Assembly (NCBI GenBank): GCA_050949565.1
Contig: JBMNFY010000017.1
Span: 800,001 to 864,000, forward strand
DNA from: Kiritimatiellia bacterium
Lineage (GTDB): Bacteria; Verrucomicrobiota; Kiritimatiellia; RFP12; UBA1067
Length of the DNA stretch: 64,000 bases
Direction: 5' to 3'
Shown here: one piece after another, positions 49,209 to 59,021 of the stretch
Numbering within the stretch: position 1 is the first letter of the stretch
Layout of the letters: each line of letters opens with the position of its first letter
Position numbers and translations under genes: made by a program
Notes under the pieces: model-generated
What the model was told of the DNA's origin: nothing
Database searches by the model: none
Seen by the model: the letters and a program-made list of their open reading frames with translations, nothing else

Positions 49209-50522
49209 CTACGGCTCCAGCGCCGTGAGACGGTAGAAGCGCCGGGCATGCCCCGGGAGCGGCTGCTCCATGAAAATCAGGCTGGTGTTGGTTGCCGCGA
49301 CCACGGTGGATTCCGCCCAGACGGTGAGGTTGGAGGAGACCTCCACCCGGTACGCCACCTGCGGCTCGGCGCGCGCCGCGAGCGCCAGCATGCCGTCCGC
49401 CGACCAGGCCAGGTTGGTCCAGGCCGGACGCGGCAGGGGCGACGGGACGAAGGCGAAACGGCTGATGACGACCTCCTCGTCCTTCCCGTCGGTTGTGCCG
49501 GCGGTGTTGCAGAGCCAGAGGTTGATGCGGTAGTTCTCGCCGCCGGGCTGCGGCAGACCGTCGCCGGCGAAGGACCATGCCGCGATCTCGCCCCCTGCCG
49601 GTGACGTCGGGATGACGTGCCCGCCGTAGGTGGCGAAATCAATCCGGTTCGTGCGCCAGGAAAAGCTATAGGTCGCGTTCGTCACGTCGGGCGGTACGCG
49701 GAAACGGGTCAGATGCCCCGGCGGCTGTCACGGTTGCACGACGTACTGCGCGTTGTTCGCATCGGATGCGTTGTCCCACCGCGAGAGTTCGATGTCGATC
49801 TCCCGGTGCGTGTAGGGGGCGTCGTCGTTCCAGGTGAAGAGGCCGAGCACGGCGCGCGCATCGAGCGCGTCGGCGGCCGTGTCCGCGAAAATCCGGTAGG
49901 TCCCGTGGCCGAAACTGCGCACCGAGACCACCTCGGCGCACGACCAGACGCCGTTCCGGCGGCAGATCTTCAGGTGCAGCCGCCCCTGCGCATCCACCCA
50001 GACGTTGCCCGTGCTGTCCGAAAAGACATTGTCCCCCGGCCCGGTCGTCTGGCCGCGCGAATCCTTGACCGACCATTCGTAGCCTGAGAACCAGATCCGC
50101 CGCGTGTAGGGCCGGGTCGCGCGCACCGAGGCGACGGCATTCGCGGCCAGTTCGTCCGGAAGCTGCGGCCAGCCCTCGGCCAGCGGCGGCGCATAGTCAC
50201 GGGGCACCACGTAGGCGGCAAGCTGCGTGGCGTAGATGTCCGAGCCGCCGGTCGTGATGTCACATGTCCAGGTGCCGTCCGACGCGATTGGCGAGAGCGG
50301 CGCCGCGAAGCTCGGCTTGGTCCACCACCCATCGACGAAAATGTAAACCGCCACGGCATGTGTCGCACAATCAACATTCTCGACGCGCCCGGCCAGATTT
50401 TCCGTTGACCCGTAAGGCGGCACATGGGTGAACGCCACCTGCGGCTCCGCGGCAGTGGCGAACCCGGCGATCAGCATGAACGCCGCTGCCGCGCTGACAA
50501 TTCTATGACATGCATTCATCAT
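49209..50522 (-). pseudogene. Secreted GH16/concanavalin-like protein interrupted by an in-frame TGA (49728-49730)
   Basis: VWVD..G.LHL, GLFTW, EIDIELSRW, then YVVQP*QPPGHLTRF continuing in the same frame into ORF 49209-49685. Confidence 0.78.
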
Positions 50523-50603
50523 GGTGAGATGGTAGCCACTTCGTGTGGATTCTGCAAGCAGGCGTTTTGGTTGATTCGTTTGGAATGGCATGGATCGAGT
50601 TTA

Positions 50604-50780
50604 TTTAACGCAGAGGCGCAGAGACGCAGAGGTTTTTTGGGGGGGCATTGCTCGGTTTTTCGGAACCGCCGAGACGCCAAGGTTTTCGTGAAGTTTCATG
50701 GTTCGGGTTTTTCACCACGAAGGCACAAAGAACACGAAGGGTTTCTGAGGGTTCGTATGAACCACGAGATGCACTCAACA
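50604..50780. repeat. Short direct-repeat mosaic (CGCAGAG / CACGAAG modules)
   Basis: ACGCAGAGGCGCAGAGACGCAGAGGTTTTTTGGG...TTGCTCGG resembles 26660-26790. Confidence 0.65.
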
Positions 50781-50965
50781 AACAAAAAGCGAAAAACATT
50801 GCTTGCTGTGCCTTCCAAACACACGCCCGACTCGCATCCCCTGTCACTAGCCGGTGTCACTAGCGGTTACAGTGAAGGCTAGGCATGGAATAACTCTTTG
50901 TGGTACCATGCGAATTGATGGGCGTTGCTGTGCCCGCATCATCCATAAATCCAAGGTTTAAAATC

Positions 50966-52294
50966 ATGTCCACGACAATCGATCCCTCCACACTGAAAAT
51001 CACCGACATGCGTTTTGCCGATATCGACGGCGCGCCCAAACGCTGTACACTCATCAAGATCTACACCAACCAAGGATTGATCGGCTACGGCGAGGTGCGC
51101 GACGCTTCGAGCCGCACCTACGCCGCAATGCTCAAGAGCCGCATCCTCGGTGAGAACCCCTGCAATGTGGAAAAGATCTTCCGCCGCATCAAGCAGTTCG
51201 GCGGCCACTCGCGTCAGGCCGGCGGTGTCTGCGGCATTGAGGTGGCGCTCTGGGACTTGGCAGGCAAGGCATGGGGCGTGCCGGTGTGGCAACTCCTCGG
51301 CGGCAAGTTCCGCGACACCGTGCGCATCTACTGCGATACCGACTCCGAAGGTGGCGGCCGTGACATGGGCAAAGCGCTCAAGGAACGCATGGCGCAGGGT
51401 TTCACCTACCTCAAAATGGACCTCGGCATTGAATTGCTTATGGACAAACCCGGCTGTCTCAGCGCACCCGGCGGCTTCCTTGAGACCATGCGCCACTACA
51501 AGAAGACCGTCTTCAGCACGCCGCACGGTTCGATCGATCCGCGCGCCATGCGCGGTGAAGCGTACGACCTCTTCAGCACTGCCCACCCCTTCACCGGTAT
51601 CCACATCACCGAGCAGGGGCTCGACTTCCTCGAGCAGTATATGGCCGACGTGCGCGCTGAAATCGGTTACGAGATCCCGCTCGCCATCGACCACATCGGT
51701 CATGTTCCGTTGGAAGACTGCATCAAACTGGCTAAGCGTTTGGAGAAGTTCAATCTGGCGTGGATGGAAGACCCGGTGCCGTGGCAACTGACCGAGCAGT
51801 ATGTCCGGCTCGCAAACGCCACCACGACGCCGATCGCCACCGGCGAGGACATCTACCTCAAAGAGAACTTCATGCCCCTGTTCAAGTCGGGCGGCATCGC
51901 GGTGGTTCATCCTGACGTGCTCTCTGCCGGTGGCATTATGGAGACCAAAAAGATCGGTGATCTCGCTGAAGACCACGGTGTCGCCATGGCGATCCACATG
52001 GCCGAGAGCCCGATCGCCTGCATGGCCGCCGTGCATGTGGCCGCCGCCACGCGCAACTTCACCGCGCTGGAGGTACACTCTGTCGATGTGCCGTGGTGGG
52101 AGGATCTGGTGGCCGGGCCACCCAAGCCGCTCATCAAGGACGGCTTTATCGCGGTTCCCAACGCCCCCGGCCTCGGTATCGAGGCGCTCAACGAGGAACT
52201 CATCAAAGAGAAGAGCCACCCGCAATTTCCTGAGCCCTGGACCTCTACCGAACAGTGGGATGCCGAGTGGGCCAATGATCGTCAATGGAGTTGA
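50966..52294 (+). CDS. Enolase-superfamily enzyme (mandelate racemase/muconate lactonizing family, acid-sugar dehydratase-like)
   Basis: GIEVALWDLAGKA.GVPVWQLLGGK.R, KMD, WMED, TGED, HPD motifs. Confidence 0.92.
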   Translation: MSTTIDPSTLKITDMRFADIDGAPKRCTLIKIYTNQGLIGYGEVRDASSRTYAAMLKSRILGENPCNVEKIFRRIKQFGGHSRQAGGVCGIEVALWDLAGKAWGVPVWQLLGGKFRDTVRIYCDTDSEGGGRDMGKALKERMAQGFTYLKMDLGIELLMDKPGCLSAPGGFLETMRHYKKTVFSTPHGSIDPRAMRGEAYDLFSTAHPFTGIHITEQGLDFLEQYMADVRAEIGYEIPLAIDHIGHVPLEDCIKLAKRLEKFNLAWMEDPVPWQLTEQYVRLANATTTPIATGEDIYLKENFMPLFKSGGIAVVHPDVLSAGGIMETKKIGDLAEDHGVAMAIHMAESPIACMAAVHVAAATRNFTALEVHSVDVPWWEDLVAGPPKPLIKDGFIAVPNAPGLGIEALNEELIKEKSHPQFPEPWTSTEQWDAEWANDRQWS

Positions 52295-52394
52295 GTTGAC
52301 GATCTCGAGCTGACGCTTCCCTGTGAAAACGTCGGCGGCAAGGGGTATTCCGCGCGACGCTGCTTTTTGAGCATGAGTGCGGTGACAGGGTGGT

Positions 52395-53021
52395 GTACAA
52401 AAGCGGTGCCGCGAGGCACACTTTGTCCTTACACTTCGTCCAAAACACTTCGTCGCTGGCGCAATCGACTAAGTGTAAACGACTAAGCGTAACCGACTAA
52501 GTGTATGTCTCCGCGCAGCGGGAAATCATGTCGAAAAATGAACCTAAAAAGAGCAGTTGAGCATGCAGATTTTGAGCAAAACCCCGTAAACATTGGTTTC
52601 CGTTGAGATCCGCGCCGCACCTATTTGGTGCAGAACGCAATTTCTGATTGGAACCACGGAACACACTAAACACACGGAAAAAGAGCCATGCCTTTCCGTG
52701 TGTTCGGTGTGTTCCGTGGTTAAACAATCGATCCCGATAGCGATCCCGATCCCGATTTGGATGAAACCATGAAACCTTGAAACCAGAAACCAAAGAGAGT
52801 TGAAGGTTCAACTGCTCTTTTTAGGATGAAACCATGGAACACGGGCAAGATGCCCGTGCCACACCCTTTTGCAAGACACGTTATTGCGGGCGAGGACGCC
52901 CGCACTCTTTTAATCTGCGTAATCGTAAATCTGTGGATAAAAACCCGAGCCATGCCCCCCCAAAAAACCTTCGTGTCCTTGACTTCGTGGTAAGAATTTT
53001 GGGGTGCGGGCTGCGCCCGCG
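52395..53021. repeat. Intergenic repeat mosaic
   Basis: 52399-52505 is a reverse-complement relative of 34450-34550. Also CGATCC hexamers, a half copy of the 99-bp element (52832-52876) and the TGCGGGCTGCGCCCGC end. Confidence 0.75.
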
Positions 53022-53663
53022 TCAGAAACTAAACTCTCTCTGGTCGGCATCCTGCACCGGACGGAAGGTATGGCGATGCTCGGGACAGGAGCCATGCCGG
53101 AAGAGTGCGGCCATGTGTGCATGGACGCCGTATCCCTTGTGTTCGGCGAAACCGTACTCCGGGTAGCGCTCGGCGGCCTTCACCATGTAGCGGTCGCGGC
53201 TGACCTTCGCGACCACGCTGGCGGCCGCGATCAAAAGGCTCTTGGCGTCGCCCCGCACAATCGCGGCGGAGGCGCAGGGCAACCGTTTGACCGGCAACCC
53301 GTCCACGAGTGCGAGACCGGGCATCTCGGGCAGTGCCTCCAGTGCACGCCGCATAGCCAAAGACGTCGCGGCCAGAATATTTAGGCGGTCGACCTCCGCT
53401 GCGCTACACCAGCCAGTGGCGCAGGCCACGCCCGGCGTAGCGGTCAAAATATCGTAGAAGGCTTCGCGGCGCGACGCGCAGAGTTGCTTCGAGTCGGTCA
53501 GCCCCGCCAGACTGTCGCCATAGAGGCTCTCAGCGAGGTCGGCCGGCATCGTGACCGCCCCTGCGACCACCGGGCCGGCCAAGCATCCCCGTCCGGCTTC
53601 ATCCACACCGGCGAGCACCACTCCGGGCCGTTCCGCCCAAGCCTTTTTTTCATATTCTAGCAT
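53022..53663 (-). CDS. rnhB: Ribonuclease HII
   Basis: GVDEAGRG.LAGPVVA, DSKQL, IAAASVVAKVSRD, HKGYG. Confidence 0.96.
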   Translation of the reverse strand: MLEYEKKAWAERPGVVLAGVDEAGRGCLAGPVVAGAVTMPADLAESLYGDSLAGLTDSKQLCASRREAFYDILTATPGVACATGWCSAAEVDRLNILAATSLAMRRALEALPEMPGLALVDGLPVKRLPCASAAIVRGDAKSLLIAAASVVAKVSRDRYMVKAAERYPEYGFAEHKGYGVHAHMAALFRHGSCPEHRHTFRPVQDADQREFSF

Positions 53664-53682
53664 CCAAGCCTATCCCCGAAAC

Positions 53683-53712
53683 AAAAAACCGGACACCTTG
53701 CGGCATCCGGTC
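53683..53712 (-). terminator. Rho-independent terminator downstream of rplQ
   Basis: Minus strand ACCGGATGCC-GCAA-GGTGTCCGGT followed by a T run. Confidence 0.75.
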
Positions 53713-53755
53713 TTTCATTTCATACGCGCACGGCGCGCGTACAGTCCCGCAAGGG

Positions 53756-54175
53756 TTACGCCTTCTTTTCGCTTTCGGCCTCGGGCGCTGCCTTTTCGGC
53801 CGACGCCTCGGGCTTCTTAGGCGTCACGACCCACTGCAACAGGCACATTTCAGCGCCGTCGCCGGTGCGATGCCCGAGCTTATAGATACGCGTGTAACCG
53901 CCGGGCCGTCCTTCCATGGCCGGGACCACGCTGTCGAAGAGTATCCGCACGGCTGCGGGGCTCTGCAAGCGGGAGGCCGCCAAACGGCGGGCCGCCAGCG
54001 TACCCTTACGGGCCAGAGTCACCATCTTCTCGGCATCGCGGCGCGCCTGCTTGGCTTTGGGCAGCGTCGTCTTGATACTGCTGTTGATAATCAGGTTCGT
54101 CACCAGACTGCTCATCAGCGCCTTACGGTGCGATGTCGAGCGCCCGAACTTTTTAGCTATTCTCTTATGACGCAT
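53756..54175 (-). CDS. rplQ: 50S ribosomal protein L17
   Basis: MRHK...GR.TSHRKAL, IKTTLPKAK, RPGGYTRI. Confidence 0.97.
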   Translation of the reverse strand: MRHKRIAKKFGRSTSHRKALMSSLVTNLIINSSIKTTLPKAKQARRDAEKMVTLARKGTLAARRLAASRLQSPAAVRILFDSVVPAMEGRPGGYTRIYKLGHRTGDGAEMCLLQWVVTPKKPEASAEKAAPEAESEKKA

Positions 54176-54186
54176 GTTTCAAAACC

Positions 54187-55215
54187 TCAAACTGTTTGCT
54201 CTTGCGTTTGCGTTTGCGTTTCTTTGTTGTCTTCGAGCAACTCAGGATCAACTTTGTACCCGAGAGTGAGCCCCAACTCGGTCAGCTTGTCCTTGATCTC
54301 ATTGAGCGACTTCTTACCGAAGTTACGATACTTCAGCATGTCTGCTTCCGTTTTCATTGCCAATTCGCCGACGGTGGTAATGTTGGCGTTGTTCAGGCAG
54401 TTGGCGGCGCGGACGCTCAGTTCGATCTCATTGACGCTCATATTCAGAACACGGCGCAGGCGTTCGCGTTCTTCATCGACCTTCTTCTCGGTATCCTCGA
54501 ATTCCAAGATCTCGTCGCTGTAGTCCACGAACACGTCCAAATGGTGGCGCAGCACGGCGGCGGCGGTCTTCAGCGCATCTTCCGGCGAGACGCGGCCGTC
54601 GGTCCAGACATCGAGAATCAGCTTCTCGTAGTCCGTGCGCTGGCCCACGCGGGTATGCTCCACCGTGAAGTTCACGCGCGACACCGGCGAGAAGACGCTG
54701 TCGATCGGAATACGCCCGATCTCCTGCTCCTCACCTTTGTTCCCCTCCGCCGGGCAGAAGCCACGGCCGATGCGGGTCTCCGCCTCCAGCGTCAGCACGC
54801 CGTCCGCGTCAAGCGTGGCGATGTGCTGGGTCGGGTTGAGCACGTCAACCGCATTATCTTCCGCGAAATCCGCAGCGGTGACCACGCAGGGGCCCTTACG
54901 GTTCAGCTTGAGCCAGACCGGGTTACGGCTATAGCTCTTGAGCAATACGCGCTTCAGGTTCAGGATAATGTCGGTGACATCTTCGCTCACGCCAGGCAGC
55001 GAGGTAAACTCGTGGCTGACACCCTCAATCCTGACGGAAGTGATCGCGACACCTTCAATCGAAGAGAGCAGAACGCGACGCAACGAATTTCCGATGGTGC
55101 GGGCGTAGCCCACCTCGAACGGCTCCGCAGTGAAGCGCGTATAGGTGGCGGTCGCCGTGTTTTCTTCCTTCTGCACACGGCGGGGCATTTCAAAACGACT
55201 CAAACGAATCGGCAT
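54187..55215 (-). CDS. rpoA: RNA polymerase alpha subunit
   Basis: EPFE.GY..TIGNSLRRVLLSS, ELSVRAANCL, RNFGKKSL.EI. Confidence 0.98.
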   Translation of the reverse strand: MPIRLSRFEMPRRVQKEENTATATYTRFTAEPFEVGYARTIGNSLRRVLLSSIEGVAITSVRIEGVSHEFTSLPGVSEDVTDIILNLKRVLLKSYSRNPVWLKLNRKGPCVVTAADFAEDNAVDVLNPTQHIATLDADGVLTLEAETRIGRGFCPAEGNKGEEQEIGRIPIDSVFSPVSRVNFTVEHTRVGQRTDYEKLILDVWTDGRVSPEDALKTAAAVLRHHLDVFVDYSDEILEFEDTEKKVDEERERLRRVLNMSVNEIELSVRAANCLNNANITTVGELAMKTEADMLKYRNFGKKSLNEIKDKLTELGLTLGYKVDPELLEDNKETQTQTQEQTV

Positions 55216-55271
55216 GTTTCCGTCCTTTCGGGCCGCGCACCCCGGAGGGCCGCGGCCATCAGCACACGCGC

Positions 55272-55901
55272 TTAGCGCGAATACAATTCGACAATAGCCT
55301 GCTCATCCACGATCGGCGCGATCTGTTCGCGCGTCGGGATACTCAGAACTTCGGCGCGGAAGGCCTTCCGGTCCAGCGAGAGCCACGTGGGCATCTGCTG
55401 CGTGGTGGCGGCCTCGAGACTACGCGCGGCAAGGTCTCGGCTACGCGGGCGGTCACGGACCTCGATCACGTCACCGACCTTGAGAATCATGGAGGGCACG
55501 GAGGCCTTCTTACCGTTCACCGACACGTGGCTGTGCAGTACGAACTGACGTGCCGCGCGGCGCGACGGCGCAAAACCGAGACGGTAGACAAGGTTGTCCA
55601 AGCGGGTCTCGAGCAACTGCAGCAGCAACTCGCCAGTAACGCCCTTGCGGCGCATCGCCTCTTTATAGAAGCGCTTGAACTGGCCCTCCTGCATGCCGAA
55701 CTGGCGGCGCAGGCGTTGCTTCTGACGGAGCTGCTCGCCGTAATCAGACATCTTGCGGCTGCGGCGAGCGCCATGCTGGCCCGGCGCCGGATGCCCCTGC
55801 TCAATGGCACACTTGGCCATATAGCAACGCGCACCCTTCAGAAAAAGCTTCTGCCCCTCACGCCGACAAATGCGGCAAACGGGACCTGTATACCTGCCCA
55901 T
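55272..55901 (-). CDS. rpsD: 30S ribosomal protein S4 (Zn-finger type)
   Basis: MGRYTGPVCRICRREG, LETRLDNLVYRLGFA, IVELYSR. Confidence 0.97.
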   Translation of the reverse strand: MGRYTGPVCRICRREGQKLFLKGARCYMAKCAIEQGHPAPGQHGARRSRKMSDYGEQLRQKQRLRRQFGMQEGQFKRFYKEAMRRKGVTGELLLQLLETRLDNLVYRLGFAPSRRAARQFVLHSHVSVNGKKASVPSMILKVGDVIEVRDRPRSRDLAARSLEAATTQQMPTWLSLDRKAFRAEVLSIPTREQIAPIVDEQAIVELYSR

Positions 55902-55902
55902 G

Positions 55903-56556
55903 TTAGACTCTCCTCCGTTGGCGCGGACGGCAGCCATTGTGCGGGATCGGCGTGCAGTCCTTAATCAGCGTGACTTGAATGCCGACGGCTTGGATCGCCC
56001 GCACCGCCGACTCGCGTCCCGCGCCCGCACCCTGAATCCTGACTTCCACCTCGCTCATCCCCTTGGCCATCGCTTGGCGGGCCGCATCCTGCGCCACCAT
56101 GGTGGCAGCGAACGCGGTGCTCTTGCGCGACCCCTTGAAGCCGGCCTTGCCCGCCGAACTCCAGGCGATCACGCCGCCGCGGGCATCCGTGATTGAAACC
56201 AGTGTGTTGTTAAAAGTCGACCGGACAAAGGCGATCCCGGCGGGGATCGACTTCCCTCTGCCCTTCTTCTTGGTGGCGTCGGCGGCCTTGACGGGATCGT
56301 CGCCCTCGGCCATCACGGCCTGCGCCTCGCTTATAGCCACCTGCTCGGGGGTTGCCTCCTTTTCAGCAGCTTCCGCCTTCTCAGCTTTCTCAGCCTTCTC
56401 AGGAGCAGCCTTCTTCTCAGGAGCCGCCGCCTTTTCGGCCTTTTCAGCCTTCTCGGGGGCAGCCTTCTTTTCAGGAGCCGCCTTCTTCTCAGCAGTCGCC
56501 GCCTTCTCGGGGCTCACCGCCTGCTCTTCTTCTTGCTTCACATCTTTTTCGCTCAT
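55903..56556 (-). CDS. rpsK: 30S ribosomal protein S11 with long N-terminal Ala/Lys/Glu-rich extension
   Basis: [27 protein letters not shown]...RRV. Confidence 0.95.
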   Translation of the reverse strand: MSEKDVKQEEEQAVSPEKAATAEKKAAPEKKAAPEKAEKAEKAAAPEKKAAPEKAEKAEKAEAAEKEATPEQVAISEAQAVMAEGDDPVKAADATKKKGRGKSIPAGIAFVRSTFNNTLVSITDARGGVIAWSSAGKAGFKGSRKSTAFAATMVAQDAARQAMAKGMSEVEVRIQGAGAGRESAVRAIQAVGIQVTLIKDCTPIPHNGCRPRQRRRV

Positions 56557-56642
56557 GCGTATTCAGCCTCAAAACATATGGCGGACACAGCGCGGGTTCC
56601 TATCCTCAAGAGGAACAAACCCGCGCCCTGCCGTCGCCGGGT

Positions 56643-57047
56643 TTATTTTGCCTTGGCCTTCATCGCCGCGCGCGCCGACTTGTCACGCACCGCGCCCACC
56701 GTCCGTTTGCCGCCCTTGCGGGTCCGCGCATTCGTACGGGTCCTCTGCCCGCGGACTGGCAGGCCGCGCCTATGACGCAGACCGCGGTAGGTGCCGATAC
56801 TGATCAGCCGGCGAATGTTCTGCGACACTTCGCGCCGCAGGTCGCCCTCGACCCGGTAGTTCTCTTGAATGAAGGCCACGATCTGCCGGATCTCGTCCGG
56901 GGTCAGATCATCTGCCTTCTTGGCCGGGTCGATCTTACAATTCTCGACCACGTCACTGGCCCGCTTGGGACCGATTCCGTGAATGTACCGGAGCGCGTAC
57001 TCGACGCGCTTTCTGCCCGGAATATCCACACCCATCAATCTCGGCAT
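56643..57047 (-). CDS. rpsM: 30S ribosomal protein S13
   Basis: [26 protein letters not shown]. Confidence 0.98.
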   Translation of the reverse strand: MPRLMGVDIPGRKRVEYALRYIHGIGPKRASDVVENCKIDPAKKADDLTPDEIRQIVAFIQENYRVEGDLRREVSQNIRRLISIGTYRGLRHRRGLPVRGQRTRTNARTRKGGKRTVGAVRDKSARAAMKAKAK

Positions 57048-57061
57048 GGTTGTCTTCTCCG

Positions 57062-57175
57062 TTAACCCTGACGCTGCTTATGGCGAGGATTCGTACAAAT
57101 AATGCGCACGATGCCCTTGCGACGCACCACACGGCAACGCTCACAAATGCGTCGCACTGAACTGCGAACTTTCAT
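57062..57175 (-). CDS. rpmJ: 50S ribosomal protein L36
   Basis: Manual translation [37 protein letters not shown] (37 aa, below the ORF-track cutoff). Confidence 0.96.
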   Translation of the reverse strand: MKVRSSVRRICERCRVVRRKGIVRIICTNPRHKQRQG

Positions 57176-57256
57176 GGTTTTTCTTCCTCGTTCAAAAAAG
57201 GTGTTGGATTTAACCAAAAGTCCGTTGACTTGTCTACCCTAAAATGTGAAAACTCT

Positions 57257-58006
57257 TTATGCCAGCGTCAGAATTTCCACACCTTCCTCAAGCACGGCCA
57301 CGGTGTGCTCAAAGTGCGCGGACGGTTTCCCGTCTCGCGTAACAACTGTCCACCCGTCATCCTGCACCGCCACATCCGACCGCCCCAGATTGACCATCGG
57401 CTCAATCGCCAACGTCATCCCGGGCTTCAGGACGGGGCCGCGCCCCGGCGCCCCGTAGTTCGGGATCTGCGGATCTTCGTGGAGGTGACGCCCCACGCCG
57501 TGGCCGACAAAATCCCGCACCACCGAACAACCGCCCGCCTGCACGATGCCCTCAACCGTATGAGAGACATCGGAAAGCCGACACCCGGGCCGGACTGCGG
57601 CCACCGCCGCCTCCAGCGCCCGGCGCGTCGTTTCGACGAGCCGGATCACATCGGGGTCCGTCACCCCGACCGTCACGGTCGTGGCGCTGTCCCCGTGGAA
57701 TCCCTTGTAATACACCCCGACATCCAGACTCACCACATCCCCCGGCATGACAACCCGTTGCCCAGGGATGCCGTGAATCACTTCGTCGTTGATGGAAATG
57801 CATATCGCTCCCGGGTACCCCCGGTAGCCCAAAAAAGAAGGTTTGGCGTTCATGCCCGCGATCAGCCGCCGGGTCAGCGCATCCAACTCGCCTGTCGTCA
57901 CGCCGGGCTGGACCGCCGCCGCCACCTGCTCCAGCACAGACGCAGTCATCCGGCAACTCTCCCGCATCGCATCCAGCTCCGCAGCGTTTTTCAAGGGGAT
58001 CTTCAT
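57257..58006 (-). CDS. map: Methionine aminopeptidase type I
   Basis: CISINDEVIHGIP, GFHGDSA, GHGVG..LHEDP, AIEPM, SAHFEHT. Confidence 0.97.
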   Translation of the reverse strand: MKIPLKNAAELDAMRESCRMTASVLEQVAAAVQPGVTTGELDALTRRLIAGMNAKPSFLGYRGYPGAICISINDEVIHGIPGQRVVMPGDVVSLDVGVYYKGFHGDSATTVTVGVTDPDVIRLVETTRRALEAAVAAVRPGCRLSDVSHTVEGIVQAGGCSVVRDFVGHGVGRHLHEDPQIPNYGAPGRGPVLKPGMTLAIEPMVNLGRSDVAVQDDGWTVVTRDGKPSAHFEHTVAVLEEGVEILTLA

Positions 58007-58650
58007 TAAAGCGCGCGCCTAGCCCTCTCCACAATCTCGTCAATGGGTCCCGTTCCCGGCACGCGCCGCAACACGCCGCGCGCCTCGTAAAATTCAATCA
58101 ACGGCATCGTCTGCGTCCGATAAACGGCCAGCCTGTTCTTCGCGGTCTCGGGGTTGTCGTCCTTGCGCACCTTCAACGCGCCCCCGCAAGCATCGCAGAT
58201 GCCGTCCACCCGCGGCGGAAGGTTGGTCACATGATACCCGGCCCCGCACACCGAGCACATCCTGCGCCCGGCAATCCGGTCCACCAAAATCTCGTCGGGC
58301 ACCTCCAGCAGCACCACCGCCGCCAGCGACGCGCCGCAACTCTCAATCGTGCGGTCCAGCGCCTGCGCCTGCACCACCGTGCGCGGGAACCCGTCCAGCA
58401 ACAACGCGCGGGGGCCGTCAAGCTCCGCCATCAGGTCGGCAACGATCCGCGCGATGAGCGCGTCAGGCACCAGCTCGCCACGCTTCATGTATGCGTCCGC
58501 CTCGTCCCCGGCCGCCGTGTGATGCTCTACCGCGTCACGCAACAGCTCGCCGCTCGACACATGCCGCAGCGTCTTATCCGCAGCCACCAGCCGCCCGGCA
58601 ACCGTTCCTTTGCCCGACCCCGGCGCTCCCAACAGAATGACGACGTCCAT
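58006..58650 (-). CDS. adk: Adenylate kinase (Zn-binding lid)
   Basis: GAPGSGKGT, LDGFPRT..QA, CxxC...CxxC lid, RKDD. Confidence 0.96.
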   Translation of the reverse strand: MDVVILLGAPGSGKGTVAGRLVAADKTLRHVSSGELLRDAVEHHTAAGDEADAYMKRGELVPDALIARIVADLMAELDGPRALLLDGFPRTVVQAQALDRTIESCGASLAAVVLLEVPDEILVDRIAGRRMCSVCGAGYHVTNLPPRVDGICDACGGALKVRKDDNPETAKNRLAVYRTQTMPLIEFYEARGVLRRVPGTGPIDEIVERARRAL

Positions 58651-58765
58651 CTTTGTTACACTCGTCTCTGGCACATTAAAAATCAAGAGCCAGGAATCGA
58701 GAGTCTGCCATCGGCCATGTCGCCATGCCAAGCTCCCGACTCACGCTTCCTGACTCCTAATTGAC

Positions 58766-58788
58766 AAAACCGGCCGCAAGCCGGTTTC
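58766..58788 (-). terminator. Hairpin/terminator downstream of tRNA-Lys
   Basis: Minus strand AAACCGGC-TTGCG-GCCGGTTTT. Confidence 0.55.
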
Positions 58789-58792
58789 TCCA

Positions 58793-58868
58793 TGGTAGGG
58801 GTGCACGGACTCGAACCGTGGACCCAGTGATTAAGAGTCACTTGCTCTACCAACTGAGCTACACCCCC
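58793..58868 (-). tRNA. tRNA-Lys (CTT)
   Basis: 76 nt: GGGGGTGTAGCTCAGTTGGTAGAGCAAGTGACTCTTAATCAC...GTTCGAG...CACCCCTACCA. Confidence 0.97.
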
Positions 58869-58878
58869 ATAAAAAGCA

Positions 58879-58954
58879 TGGAGCGAGTGATGGGTCTCGA
58901 ACCCACAACCTCGACCTTGGCAAGGTCGCGCTCTACCAATTGAGCTACACCCGC
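58879..58954 (-). tRNA. tRNA-Gly (GCC)
   Basis: 76 nt: GCGGGTGTAGCTCAATTGGTAGAGCGCGACCTTGCCAAGGTCG...GTTCGAG...CTCGCTCCA. Confidence 0.97.
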
Positions 58955-59021
58955 TTCAAAAGAGTGGATGTAAATTTATCATATTGATCGGGGACACGCA
59001 ACAGGGATTTTTGAAAAAAAT

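Noticed and set aside
49728-49730. TGA recoded as Trp or selenocysteine
   Set aside because: TGA serves as a normal stop in many genes here, including rpoA and rnhB, and the context is not a redox Cys site.
58793-58954. tRNA-anchored integrative element or prophage
   Set aside because: No integrase, phage genes or duplicated tRNA 3' end was seen in the window.
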